64,000 bases of DNA from a virus. Below are positions 17,794 through 25,119 of the stretch, one piece after another. The notes beneath the pieces are model-generated. The model was not told where the DNA came from. It saw only the letters and a program-made list of their open reading frames with translations, and searched no databases. The stretch spans positions 4,802 to 68,801 of IMG/VR virus record IMGVR_UViG_3300045741_000389. One strand, 5' to 3'. Each line of letters begins with the position of its first letter. The stretch's first letter is position 1. The position numbers and the translations under genes were made by a program.

Positions 17794-18023
17794 GCTGCAC
17801 TGGCGGGGTGTTTGTCGTTGAACTCTTCGGCCTTGGCGCGCGCCGCCTTCCACGCCTCGGCAAAGGTGCGCGCAGTGTCAGCCCAGAGCGGGTGGGTCTC
17901 CGGCCGGCCACGGGCGTACACCTCCCACCCGCCAGTGGCGCGGGCACGGTAGACGAACTTGCCCAGAACCCCCGTTGCGCTCAGGCAGCGGGGGTCCGGA
18001 GGTGTAACAGCCAGCGTGGACAT
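17790..18023 (-). CDS. Hypothetical protein
   Basis: 77 aa, coupled to both neighbours. Confidence 0.6.
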   Translation of the reverse strand: MSTLAVTPPDPRCLSATGVLGKFVYRARATGGWEVYARGRPETHPLWADTARTFAEAWKAARAKAEEFNDKHPASAA

Positions 18024-18622
18024 CAGAGCGTGTCGTGTACGTAGTACGCGTACGGCGAGCCCTTGGGTTCGCTACCTTGGCCGAACAGATAGGCTTTGCT
18101 CGCTGGCAGAGCGTTGACCACGATGCCGCGCTTCACGACGATGCGCTGCCGGCTGGCCAGCAGGTCGTGGGTGCCGTCCAGGAAGTGGCCGATACCGAAA
18201 AAGGCGCACTCGCCCACCTTGAACGTCTTCAAGCCCTGGTCGGCTGCCGGCGGACAGGGCGGCACGTGGTCGTCGATGAACTTGGCGGGCTCGGTCGCGT
18301 AGGGCAGCCCCAGTTCCGCTTGGGCGAACGCCTCACGATAAACCCGGGCGGCGATGTCCTCGCACGGGTATCTGTTAATCTTGACGTAGACCTTCGGCTG
18401 GTCGCTCGCCGTCTTGCACTCGCCGAGGTCGGGGTCGTAGAAGAGCTTGCCGTCGTCCAACTGCACGAGCAGGGCGCCGGTCGCGTCGAAGCGTAGCACC
18501 GTCTCCTTCGGCAGCCGGTCGGCCGACCGGCGCACCTCCTCGGGCCGCACGTTGACCCGCGCGCCCAGGGTGAGCGGCAGGTCGTCGGGAAGGCGGCTGA
18601 GCCGCTGCAGCAGCGCGCTCAT
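18023..18622 (-). CDS. Hypothetical protein
   Basis: 199 aa, coupled to both neighbours. Confidence 0.7.
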   Translation of the reverse strand: MSALLQRLSRLPDDLPLTLGARVNVRPEEVRRSADRLPKETVLRFDATGALLVQLDDGKLFYDPDLGECKTASDQPKVYVKINRYPCEDIAARVYREAFAQAELGLPYATEPAKFIDDHVPPCPPAADQGLKTFKVGECAFFGIGHFLDGTHDLLASRQRIVVKRGIVVNALPASKAYLFGQGSEPKGSPYAYYVHDTL

Positions 18623-18909
18623 GCGCCCTCCGCCGGGAACAGCTCGGTCAGCACCAGCTCGAGCTGGTCCTTTTGCCGGCGCAGCAGCGCGGCGGCGTCC
18701 ATCGACTCGAGCAGCTTGTCGAAGTCGATCGGGTAGACCGAGCCCAGCTCGACCACGCGCTGCTCGGCCTCGGCGATCTTGCTCTCGAGCTGGGCCACGC
18801 GGGTCTGCGCCTGCAGCCGCATCTCCCGGGCGCGCATCGGCGCCATCGTGTCGCGCAGCTGCTCCTTGCCCAGCTTCACCAGCTCGGCGTACTTCTGCTT
18901 GAACATCAT
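18619..18909 (-). CDS. Coiled-coil hypothetical protein
   Basis: AAAGGA RBS before MMFKQKY; heptad pattern. Confidence 0.7.
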   Translation of the reverse strand: MMFKQKYAELVKLGKEQLRDTMAPMRAREMRLQAQTRVAQLESKIAEAEQRVVELGSVYPIDFDKLLESMDAAALLRRQKDQLELVLTELFPAEGA

Positions 18910-19171
18910 GATCAGGATTCCTTTCACATCAACGGGCACAGAAGAATGCGCTTGTCGTGAGCCGGTGCCACCGGCGGCTTCGCGGGCAAAGGGTAAGGCT
19001 GCTGGAGTAGACCGAGTCTTGAGCTGTACACCTCATCTTGGCAGTGTCGGTGTGCCAACTCTTCTTGGTAGCGGTACATCAGCTTCTGATGCTGACGCTC
19101 AAGCTCAAGCATCAGCTGCCCCGGGGTCTGAGATTGCGTTGCCATGGCCTCAGTCTACCTTATTCAGCAGC

Positions 19172-20032
19172 TCAGTACTTGGCCTTCTTGGCCGGCGCGC
19201 CCTTGGCGACCACCTTCTTGGCCGGCGGAGCCTTCTTCGCCGCCGCGCCGCGCGCAGGCTTCTGCTCTTCTTCCATCTTGTCGGGGTACGGCGCCTGCAG
19301 CGCGTTCATCGCCTGCTTCACCTTCGACTGCATCGCCTCGTAGGTCGCCTGGTCGAACTGCACCAGCTCCTGGAACTCGAACTCGATGCGGAACTGCGAC
19401 TTGTCGTCGTCGTGCAGGCTGATCTCGGTGACCACGCCCCACGGGGGCCGCCTCATGTCCTCGTTCACCTTGTGGACATACTTGGCCCAGTTGTTCGTCG
19501 ACATCACCGGCACCTTCAGCAGCCGCATGTCGGCGGAGCCCAGGTCCTCGATAGCGTCGGCGGCGATGACGATCAGGCGGCGCACGTTCTTGCACGCCTT
19601 GCCACGCCCACGTTCGGCGGAGCCCATCTTGTTGAACGGGCACTCGTCGCAGGAAGCGGCCTGCTTGTCTGCGGCTTTCTCGTGCGGCGCCATGCCCTCG
19701 TCGGGCTTGTCCTTGGTCGGATCGCCCAGCGCGTAGCAGTCGGGCGGCGCGGGGTTCTTGGGGTCGAAGTCGCCGGAGAAGTACTGGTTCTCGTGCAGCG
19801 AGCCGAGCACGATGCAGGAGAGGGCGTTGCCTTCCACCGGCTCGTCGTCGATCTTCATCACGCCGTTGCGCGTACTGATGGTCTTGACGCCCTGGATCTG
19901 TTCGGTCTTGGCAACCGCTTTGGCCGCCGCTGCCATCTCCTCTTCCCACACCGTCAGGGCGCGGTTCGCGGAGGGCTTGGGTGCGGACTTGGCCGCAGGC
20001 TTAATGGGAATGGTCTTCTTGGCAGTCGGCAT
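19172..20032 (-). CDS. Probable ssDNA-binding/annealing protein
   Basis: ENQYF..P.CYA, C.ECPFN..GS..RGKACKNVRRL motif in a replication module; Lys/Ala-rich termini. Confidence 0.6.
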   Translation of the reverse strand: MPTAKKTIPIKPAAKSAPKPSANRALTVWEEEMAAAAKAVAKTEQIQGVKTISTRNGVMKIDDEPVEGNALSCIVLGSLHENQYFSGDFDPKNPAPPDCYALGDPTKDKPDEGMAPHEKAADKQAASCDECPFNKMGSAERGRGKACKNVRRLIVIAADAIEDLGSADMRLLKVPVMSTNNWAKYVHKVNEDMRRPPWGVVTEISLHDDDKSQFRIEFEFQELVQFDQATYEAMQSKVKQAMNALQAPYPDKMEEEQKPARGAAAKKAPPAKKVVAKGAPAKKAKY

Positions 20033-20056
20033 GTAGGGCTCCGAAGTCAGCAGTTG

Positions 20057-20216
20057 GAAGGTTGAAAGTTAGAGCGTGTCTGCCCACGCTGCCTCACCAC
20101 TCGTCGGCAGACTATTCGTGCCCCAGGTGACGGGGCCTTCTGCCACTGCCGTGGCCGGAGCCTTGATGGCCTCAACTCCGGTGAACCTTCTAGGGTCGGG
20201 TCGGGTTTCAGCCCGA
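20057..20216 (-). promoter_or_regulatory. Densely structured 5' leader / candidate ncRNA
   Basis: Nested inverted repeats: 20057-63/20184-90, 20073-78/20085-90, 20078-84/20106-12, 20120-24/20132-36, 20142-46/20151-55, 20155-60/20176-81. Confidence 0.45.
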
Positions 20217-20250
20217 GTAACCCAGTGCCAAGGGTTCCAGACTGAGCAGT

Positions 20251-20931
20251 CTACTCCTGCTCCGCAGCTCCGCGCAACGCCCAGCGCTCTCCTCGCCGCT
20301 CCAGCCACTCGGGCGGAGCGCGCCGCGTCCAGGCGAGCAGCCACTGCTTGGCTTCCACGTAGAAGCGTCGGTAGCTGGCTGCGGTGTCGTACTCGTCTCC
20401 CGCCGACACGGTCAGCTCCTCGGGCATTACCGGCGGTGGCTGTGTCTGCTCACCCTCGGGCAGCTTGGGTGGAGGGCATTCGAGCGTGTAGAGCACGGAG
20501 AGTGTGGCGTGCTGCCGCTTGTAGCGGTGTTGGTACTCGTAGGCTAGCTCCACCCCCAGGCGCCACAGCCACTCGTAGTTGCCCGTGCTCTCCCCGGCCC
20601 AGAGCGCGCAGGGGTGGTTCACGTGCGTCTTCTTGTAGATGCGCTGCCGACCCAGGTGCGCATGCCACACACCCAGCTCGTCGTTCGGTGGGCCGACGAG
20701 GTTGCCTTCGTACGCAGTGTCGAGATTCCACTCGACGGTCACCAGTTCGGGCTGCACCACCTGCCAGACGGTGGAGAGCAGCTGAGCCGTCTCCGTCACC
20801 ATCTTTACCACGTGCTTGTCGCAGTGGTAGCGCGCCGCGACGGCGGGGTCATGGTCGAGGTAGAAGATGTTCACCGGCGACTCCTCGCCCCACCGCTCGC
20901 GGTACTCGACAGTGGCCAGCCACTCGCTCAC
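20251..20931 (-). CDS. Pyrimidine-dimer DNA glycosylase / endonuclease V-like protein
   Basis: NIFYLDHDP..AARYHCDKHVVKM..ETAQLLST, YKKTHVNHPCALW, EYQHRY, P.WL. Confidence 0.78.
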   Translation of the reverse strand: MSEWLATVEYRERWGEESPVNIFYLDHDPAVAARYHCDKHVVKMVTETAQLLSTVWQVVQPELVTVEWNLDTAYEGNLVGPPNDELGVWHAHLGRQRIYKKTHVNHPCALWAGESTGNYEWLWRLGVELAYEYQHRYKRQHATLSVLYTLECPPPKLPEGEQTQPPPVMPEELTVSAGDEYDTAASYRRFYVEAKQWLLAWTRRAPPEWLERRGERWALRGAAEQE

Positions 20932-21362
20932 AGCTTGTTCAGGCTGACGTCGACAATGGTGAACGACTCGACGCCCGGCACCTTGACGCCGGAGTCCCAC
21001 AGCTCCTTGAGCAGCTCCTCGCCCAGCCGGCGCTGCAGCAGCGCGAACATCTCGAGCTTCTTCGCGCCGGTGTTCTTCTCGGCGTGCTTCAGGATGAACT
21101 GGTAGACCTTGTCCCAGTCCTTGACCTGGGGGATCTCCTTGGTCACGACGGTGACGCGGGCCACCTTGCCGCTGATGCCGCTCGCGTCGCCCTTGGGCAG
21201 CTCAGCGATCAGTTTCTCCTTGATTGCCGTCTCGAGCTTCTTCTGGGATTCAACGACTTTCTGGTCTGCGAGCCGGCCCTGGCGGGTCTCGTACAGCAGG
21301 TCGGCGCAGGCGGCCAGGCTCTTGGGCAGCTTGGCGGGGACTTCTTTGGGGGTCAGAGACAT
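20928..21362 (-). CDS. Conserved phage protein of replication modules
   Basis: PQVKDWDKVYQFI..LLQRRL..VPGVE; strong RBS and its own promoter. Confidence 0.75.
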   Translation of the reverse strand: MSLTPKEVPAKLPKSLAACADLLYETRQGRLADQKVVESQKKLETAIKEKLIAELPKGDASGISGKVARVTVVTKEIPQVKDWDKVYQFILKHAEKNTGAKKLEMFALLQRRLGEELLKELWDSGVKVPGVESFTIVDVSLNKL

Positions 21363-21391
21363 GAATGGGCTCCTTGTGTCAGAAGGAACCC

Positions 21392-21421
21392 ATTCTACTC
21401 GACATCGCCAGAAAGGCGCAA
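21392..21421 (-). promoter_or_regulatory. Sigma70-like promoter of the replication operon
   Basis: TTGCGC-N18-TAGAAT on the - strand. Confidence 0.68.
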
Positions 21422-21667
21422 TTAGGTCAGCGGGGCCAGCAAGAGCAGCCGACTCGGGCGCGGCGCGCAGTAGCCGAACTGCCCCAGCCGCTGCGCCGCT
21501 TCCAGCTCATCGATCACGTTGAGCGCCACAGCGCAGGTGTGCTCGATCGACCAGCCGGTGGCGTACCCGCTGGGATCCATGTACCGGTAGAGCGTCGGCT
21601 CTTGGCTGAGTCGAAGCACGCTGAAGTGCTGCAACGCCTCGCGCAACCCTGGGGGCCAGACCTTCAT
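21422..21667 (-). CDS. Hypothetical protein
   Basis: 81 aa, ATGA-coupled to the upstream gene. Confidence 0.5.
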   Translation of the reverse strand: MKVWPPGLREALQHFSVLRLSQEPTLYRYMDPSGYATGWSIEHTCAVALNVIDELEAAQRLGQFGYCAPRPSRLLLLAPLT

Positions 21668-21858
21668 GATTCCTTCATCAAAACCAACTCAGGTTCAGTG
21701 AACGATTCCTCACGCAGCCGGGTCTTAGCATCAAACCAGACGCAGACAACCCGCCCGGCTGGGTGGTTGGCAAACCACGACCGTGAGGGAGGTTCGACGA
21801 ACCTCACGGTCATGGCGGGGCCGCCTGACTGTAGACGGCAGATGTCCCCGACCTTCAC
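21664..21858 (-). CDS. YodC/DUF2158-family small protein
   Basis: KVGDICRLQSGGPAMTV..VVCVWFD..F.EPEL. Confidence 0.8.
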   Translation of the reverse strand: MKVGDICRLQSGGPAMTVRFVEPPSRSWFANHPAGRVVCVWFDAKTRLREESFTEPELVLMKES

Positions 21859-23291
21859 AGCGCCTCAGCCAACGCCACGTAGTCGAGCACAGCCGGCGCC
21901 CAGCCGCTGATGGTGGTCCAGGCTTTGGCGTTACCGACGCCCTTCGAGTACGACGCCACGTTCATCACGTAGCCTCGGCCCAGCGGCGGCGCGATGCCGT
22001 CGTTGCTCTGCTCGTCGGTGATCACCAGCGTGCGGTCGGCCGTGGTCCGACGCTTCAGCTCGCGCAGCGCGGCGGCCAGCATCGTGCCAGAGTGCGGTTG
22101 GCTCTCGCGCAACATCCGGGCGAGCGTGAACCCACGGAACTGAGGGTTGAGGAACACCAGGTTGTTGCTGAATGTCCACACCTCGGCCGACTCGCACGCC
22201 TCGCGCGCCAGCATGGCCAGTCCCTCGGCCGCGTCCAGGCGCAGCGTCGCGAGCTGGTCGCTCCGGCCCTTGCCCTGCGCCAGCGCGGTGTTCATCGAGC
22301 CAGAGACGTCGACGAGGATAACCGTCTTGCCCGGCAGCTTGACCCGGCCCTCGACGGCGCGCAGCATCAGCGGCTCGAGCATGCCCTCGGACCAGGGGCA
22401 CACGCGCGCAGCCGTGCGGAACTGGAAGGGCAGGATGCCGTCCAGCTTGCCCTTGAGCGCCAGGTCCTGGCCGTACTCGGTCAGCAGCCTGTGGCTGACG
22501 CCCAGCTCGTCCATCTTGCGCAGGTTACGCAGCCACGCCAGCCCGCCCAGCTTGGCGCTGGCCAACAGATCCTCGAACACCGCGCGCCGCTCGGCGTCGC
22601 CCTTGGCGGCCGACAGCTTGACCTCCCAGGTCTCGGGGGCGGGGAGCTCGTTCTCACAGAGCTGATCGAGCACTGAGCCTGGCGAACGGAGCACCTTGCC
22701 GGCGCCCAGCACCTTGCCGGCCTTGTCCTTGTAGACGCGACCCTTGAAGTCACTCGCCTCGAACCCGTCCTTGGCTCGTGACGGGTGCGTCAGGAACGCA
22801 ACGTCGCGCAGCTTGACCTCGGCCGACTGGTGGTCGTTCTTGGCCAAGGCGTAGCCATCGAACCGCGCGAAGGCAGCAGCCAGGCCCTTCTTGAGCTGGG
22901 CCGGCAGCGTCTTCTTGCCGTCGTTCGTGGCCCAGTACAGCTGCACCAGCTCGGCCAACTGGTCGGCGCGGGTGCAGATCTGGGGGATGAGGTCCTTGAC
23001 CGTGGCCGGGCCGGGGTTGCGCCCCGGGTGCCGCAGCAGCTCACGCAGCAGGAGCAGCGGCACGTGGCGCAGCTGGTGCACCGTCCGCGCCTCGACGGCC
23101 ACGGCCGCGACGAAGTCGTAGGGGCACAGAGACACGAGCCGTTGAATGCGCGCGGCGGTGGTCTCGCCGTTTTCGTAGAAGCTGTCCTCCCACAGGAGGC
23201 AACAGGCAACGGTGCGCCGCAGCTCGAGCATCGCCTCGGCGGTGGTCTTCACCGGCGCCACCTTGACTTCCTTCTTCGCGTTCAGCTTCAT
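21855..23291 (-). CDS. rsr: Ro60-related TROVE domain RNA-binding protein
   Basis: TROVE motifs (LWEDSFYE, RADQLAE, F.RFD.Y.LAK, VKLRDV.FLTHP, PETWE, LRNLR, LPFQF) plus a C-terminal vWA MIDAS (VDVSGSM, VITDEQ). Confidence 0.92.
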   Translation of the reverse strand: MKLNAKKEVKVAPVKTTAEAMLELRRTVACCLLWEDSFYENGETTAARIQRLVSLCPYDFVAAVAVEARTVHQLRHVPLLLLRELLRHPGRNPGPATVKDLIPQICTRADQLAELVQLYWATNDGKKTLPAQLKKGLAAAFARFDGYALAKNDHQSAEVKLRDVAFLTHPSRAKDGFEASDFKGRVYKDKAGKVLGAGKVLRSPGSVLDQLCENELPAPETWEVKLSAAKGDAERRAVFEDLLASAKLGGLAWLRNLRKMDELGVSHRLLTEYGQDLALKGKLDGILPFQFRTAARVCPWSEGMLEPLMLRAVEGRVKLPGKTVILVDVSGSMNTALAQGKGRSDQLATLRLDAAEGLAMLAREACESAEVWTFSNNLVFLNPQFRGFTLARMLRESQPHSGTMLAAALRELKRRTTADRTLVITDEQSNDGIAPPLGRGYVMNVASYSKGVGNAKAWTTISGWAPAVLDYVALAEAL

Positions 23292-23312
23292 GTCGAAGCT
23301 CTCCTTCTTCCC

Positions 23313-23437
23313 TCTGACGGGATCAAGTTGACGGTGAAACCCCTACCGACAGGGACCCTTGGCGGTCCGGGTTATGCGCCCGGCTCCAAGGATTGGACTC
23401 GAACCAACGATGCAGCACCGTCGTTCGCCACGTCAGA
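23313..23437 (-). ncRNA. Y RNA-like unit 1 (YrlA-type: T arm, closed acceptor-like stem, D-like arm)
   Basis: Terminal stem UCUGACG/CGUCAGA; GGCGAACG matches the GNCGAANG Y RNA motif; 3' CUUGAUCC; T arm GUUGG-UUCGAGU-CCAAU. Confidence 0.8.
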
Positions 23438-23447
23438 AAGAATTGTA

Positions 23448-23575
23448 GCGGGGATCAGGCCGATCGGGCAACGCGCGCGTCCTAACCACTAGACGACGAC
23501 ACCCGGAGGGTGCCGGCAGGATTCGAACCTGCGTTTCGCCCTTGGATGGGAAGTAACCCGTTCTATCGCCACCGC
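23448..23575 (-). ncRNA. Y RNA-like unit 2 with permuted tRNA module (UCC-containing loop)
   Basis: UGGCGAUA..CUGAUCC stem; T arm GCAGG-UUCGAAU-CCUGC; acceptor CGGCACC/GGUGUCG closed by a loop; D arm GUCUAGUGGUUAGGAC. Confidence 0.82.
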
Positions 23576-23585
23576 AAACTCTTAC

Positions 23586-23654
23586 TGACGAGGATCAAGT
23601 TGCCCGCCGGGCGTCTACACCCAATGAAGAACCGGCTGGCCAGCGCCATCGTCA
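23586..23654 (-). ncRNA. Y RNA-like unit 3 (minimal, 69 nt)
   Basis: UGACGA/UCGUCA closing stem, UGGCG..CUUGAUCC, inner stem GCCGG/CCGGC; no tRNA module. Confidence 0.72.
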
Positions 23655-23665
23655 AACTCTCTCAC

Positions 23666-23789
23666 CGAGCGGGATCAAGGCTGCTACGGGTCTTTGACCT
23701 GGGGATCGAACCCACTCCGGTTGCCCGGCGCTCCTTCAGCTGGCCCCTGAGGGATGGTAGGGAAGGAACCGTCGCATACGCCACGCTCG
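23666..23789 (-). ncRNA. Y RNA-like unit 4 (T arm plus extra hairpins)
   Basis: CGAGCG/CGCUCG closing stem, UGGCG..CUUGAUCC; CCGG-GCAA-CCGG hairpin; UGGG-UUCGAUC-CCCA T arm. Confidence 0.75.
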
Positions 23790-23798
23790 AATACGTTC

Positions 23799-23934
23799 AG
23801 GTGGGGATCAGGACGATCGGGCACGTTAGTGCTCTACCAACTGAGCTACAGTACCCCTTACGGAGCACTGACAGGGCTCGAACCTGCGACCACTCGATTA
23901 CAAGTCGAAGTAACCCGGTCTATCGCCACCACCT
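23799..23934 (-). ncRNA. Y RNA-like unit 5 carrying a complete circularly permuted tRNA-Thr(UGU)-like cloverleaf
   Basis: Order on the RNA: anticodon arm UUCGA-CUUGUAA-UCGAG, UGGUC, T arm, acceptor stem capped by GUAA, UA, D arm GCUCAGUUGGUAGAGC. All of it sits inside the Ro-type stem. Confidence 0.85.
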
Positions 23935-24035
23935 AAGAGGAGTCGCCCGCTCGGGGTCTGTGTCTGGACGCGAGAAGAGGAGGAAGCCGAGAAAACCCCA
24001 CAACCCTTGTCCACGAGCGAGCGACTCGTCTTAGG
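23932..24035 (-). ncRNA. Long hairpin RNA within the array (divergent unit 6)
   Basis: About 24-bp imperfect stem (CCUAAGA.GAGUCGC.CGCUCG) enclosing a pyrimidine-rich loop; degenerate UGGAC../CAGACC in place of UGGCG/UUGAUCC. Confidence 0.55.
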
Positions 24036-24037
24036 TC

Positions 24038-24108
24038 TCGCCGGGGATCAACGTGGCTGCGGGGAGTCGTCTTAGAAGGAGGAACCCGCTGCCGAGCGCC
24101 ACCGGCGA
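24038..24108 (-). ncRNA. Y RNA-like unit 7 (minimal, promoter-proximal)
   Basis: UCGCCGG/CCGGCGA closing stem, UGGCG..UUGAUCC, inner GGCAGCGGG/CCCGCAGCC. Confidence 0.72.
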
Positions 24109-24114
24109 AGCCGA

Positions 24115-24144
24115 ACTATACAGGCGGTCCTCAGTGAACCGCAA
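24115..24144 (-). promoter_or_regulatory. Sigma70-like promoter of the Y RNA array-rsr operon
   Basis: TTGCGG-N18-TATAGT; the predicted start 6-7 nt downstream coincides with the 5' end of unit 7. Confidence 0.7.
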
Positions 24145-24433
24145 CCCCCGTTTCTGCCGCCTTGACAGGCACCGAGCGCTTCTGGTTGTCGGGGCCGGAG
24201 CCGTAGTGGATCTCGATGCCGTTCTTGACGACGCGCAGCGCGTACAGCGGCACCATCGTCATGCGGTCGTACACCACCGCCTTGGCATACTCCTTCAGGA
24301 ACAGCCGCACCACGGAAGCGCGGATTGCGCCCACCTCGGCACTCGCCGCCGAGCGCATCGCGACCGCGTCGAGCGGATCGTGAACGCTGAAGAAGTAGTG
24401 GACGCCGTAGCGCCGCTTGATGTCCTGGGTCAT
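24131..24433 (-). CDS. Hypothetical protein
   Basis: AAAGGAG RBS, 100 aa. Confidence 0.72.
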   Translation of the reverse strand: MTQDIKRRYGVHYFFSVHDPLDAVAMRSAASAEVGAIRASVVRLFLKEYAKAVVYDRMTMVPLYALRVVKNGIEIHYGSGPDNQKRSVPVKAAETGVAVH

Positions 24434-24470
24434 GTGTCTGGCTCCTTTCAGGGTTGAGCCGTCAGTCTCT

Positions 24471-24689
24471 TTATTTCAAGCGTCCGCGCCAATGCCGATT
24501 GTGCTCGAGCGCGGCCCACCAGGGGCTCTTGGGAGAAGCAAACCAGCGGCCGGCTTCCCACCACAGCCGCACGTGTACCCACACGCCGCGCACCGGGTTG
24601 TGCCACTTGGTGTCGTACCACCCGCGCCGCGCAGGAATGTGGTTCTTGGAGAAGAACCACGGGCTCAGAGCTTCTTGATCTCGGCGCAT
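24471..24689 (-). CDS. Trp/Arg-rich hypothetical protein
   Basis: 72 aa, co-oriented with neighbours; P.RRGWY..LWW..RW pattern. Confidence 0.5.
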   Translation of the reverse strand: MRRDQEALSPWFFSKNHIPARRGWYDTKWHNPVRGVWVHVRLWWEAGRWFASPKSPWWAALEHNRHWRGRLK

Positions 24690-24768
24690 ATCGCTTTCAA
24701 CCTCGCAAGTGTGCGGTCGCGCTCCGCTGTGCGCGGCTGCGCCTGTACTTTACGAACGTGTCGGAGGA

Positions 24769-25119
24769 CTACTTGGAGCGCTTTAGCGAGAGGGCTTTGT
24801 TCGCCACTAGGCCATTGCCCTTGCATGTCGTACACCTCTGTGGCGGGGCCTTGGTGAACCCCCGCTGCATCTTGATTGCACCCTCGCCACGACAGGTCAT
24901 GCAGACGTACGGCAGCTCCGAGCGCAGCGCGGCGCGGTACAGCTTCACCGCTGCCTTGTCCGTCAGCACTGCGTACGCCGCGTTCACCGCTGCCATCTTC
25001 TCTGCATCCCCACCCTCGCGGTCAGGATGGAGCAGTCGCGCCTTCTCGCGGCGCAACGCGCTCAGCTCTTCGGCTGTGTTGCTGGCGTGCGCGCCGAGCA
25101 ATTCGTAGTGGGTGGACAT
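24769..25119 (-). CDS. Mini DnaJ: J-domain plus two CxxCxGxG repeats
   Basis: HYELLG..LLHPDREGG..VNAAYAVL; CMTCRGEG and CTTCKGNG. Confidence 0.85.
   Translation of the reverse strand: MSTHYELLGAHASNTAEELSALRREKARLLHPDREGGDAEKMAAVNAAYAVLTDKAAVKLYRAALRSELPYVCMTCRGEGAIKMQRGFTKAPPQRCTTCKGNGLVANKALSLKRSK

Noticed and set aside
18924-19145. 73-aa ORF between the SSB-like gene and 18619-18909
   Set aside because: It is co-oriented and possibly real, but overlaps the next RBS region and has no recognisable features, so it is not supported enough to list.
23716-23760. GCC (Gly) anticodon in unit 4
   Set aside because: The loop GGGCCAG lacks the pyrimidine-U 32/33 signature and no D arm is evident; treated as coincidental.
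23510-24034. 174-aa + strand ORF over the array
   Set aside because: It is antisense to the operon and reads as tRNA-antisense text (AGFEPA, TGLEPAT in the nested frame); no protein features.
23313-24108. CRISPR array or conventional tRNA cluster
   Set aside because: The repeats are short split motifs forming terminal stems, not identical direct repeats with spacers. The tRNA arms are in permuted order with sealed acceptor ends and no CCA.
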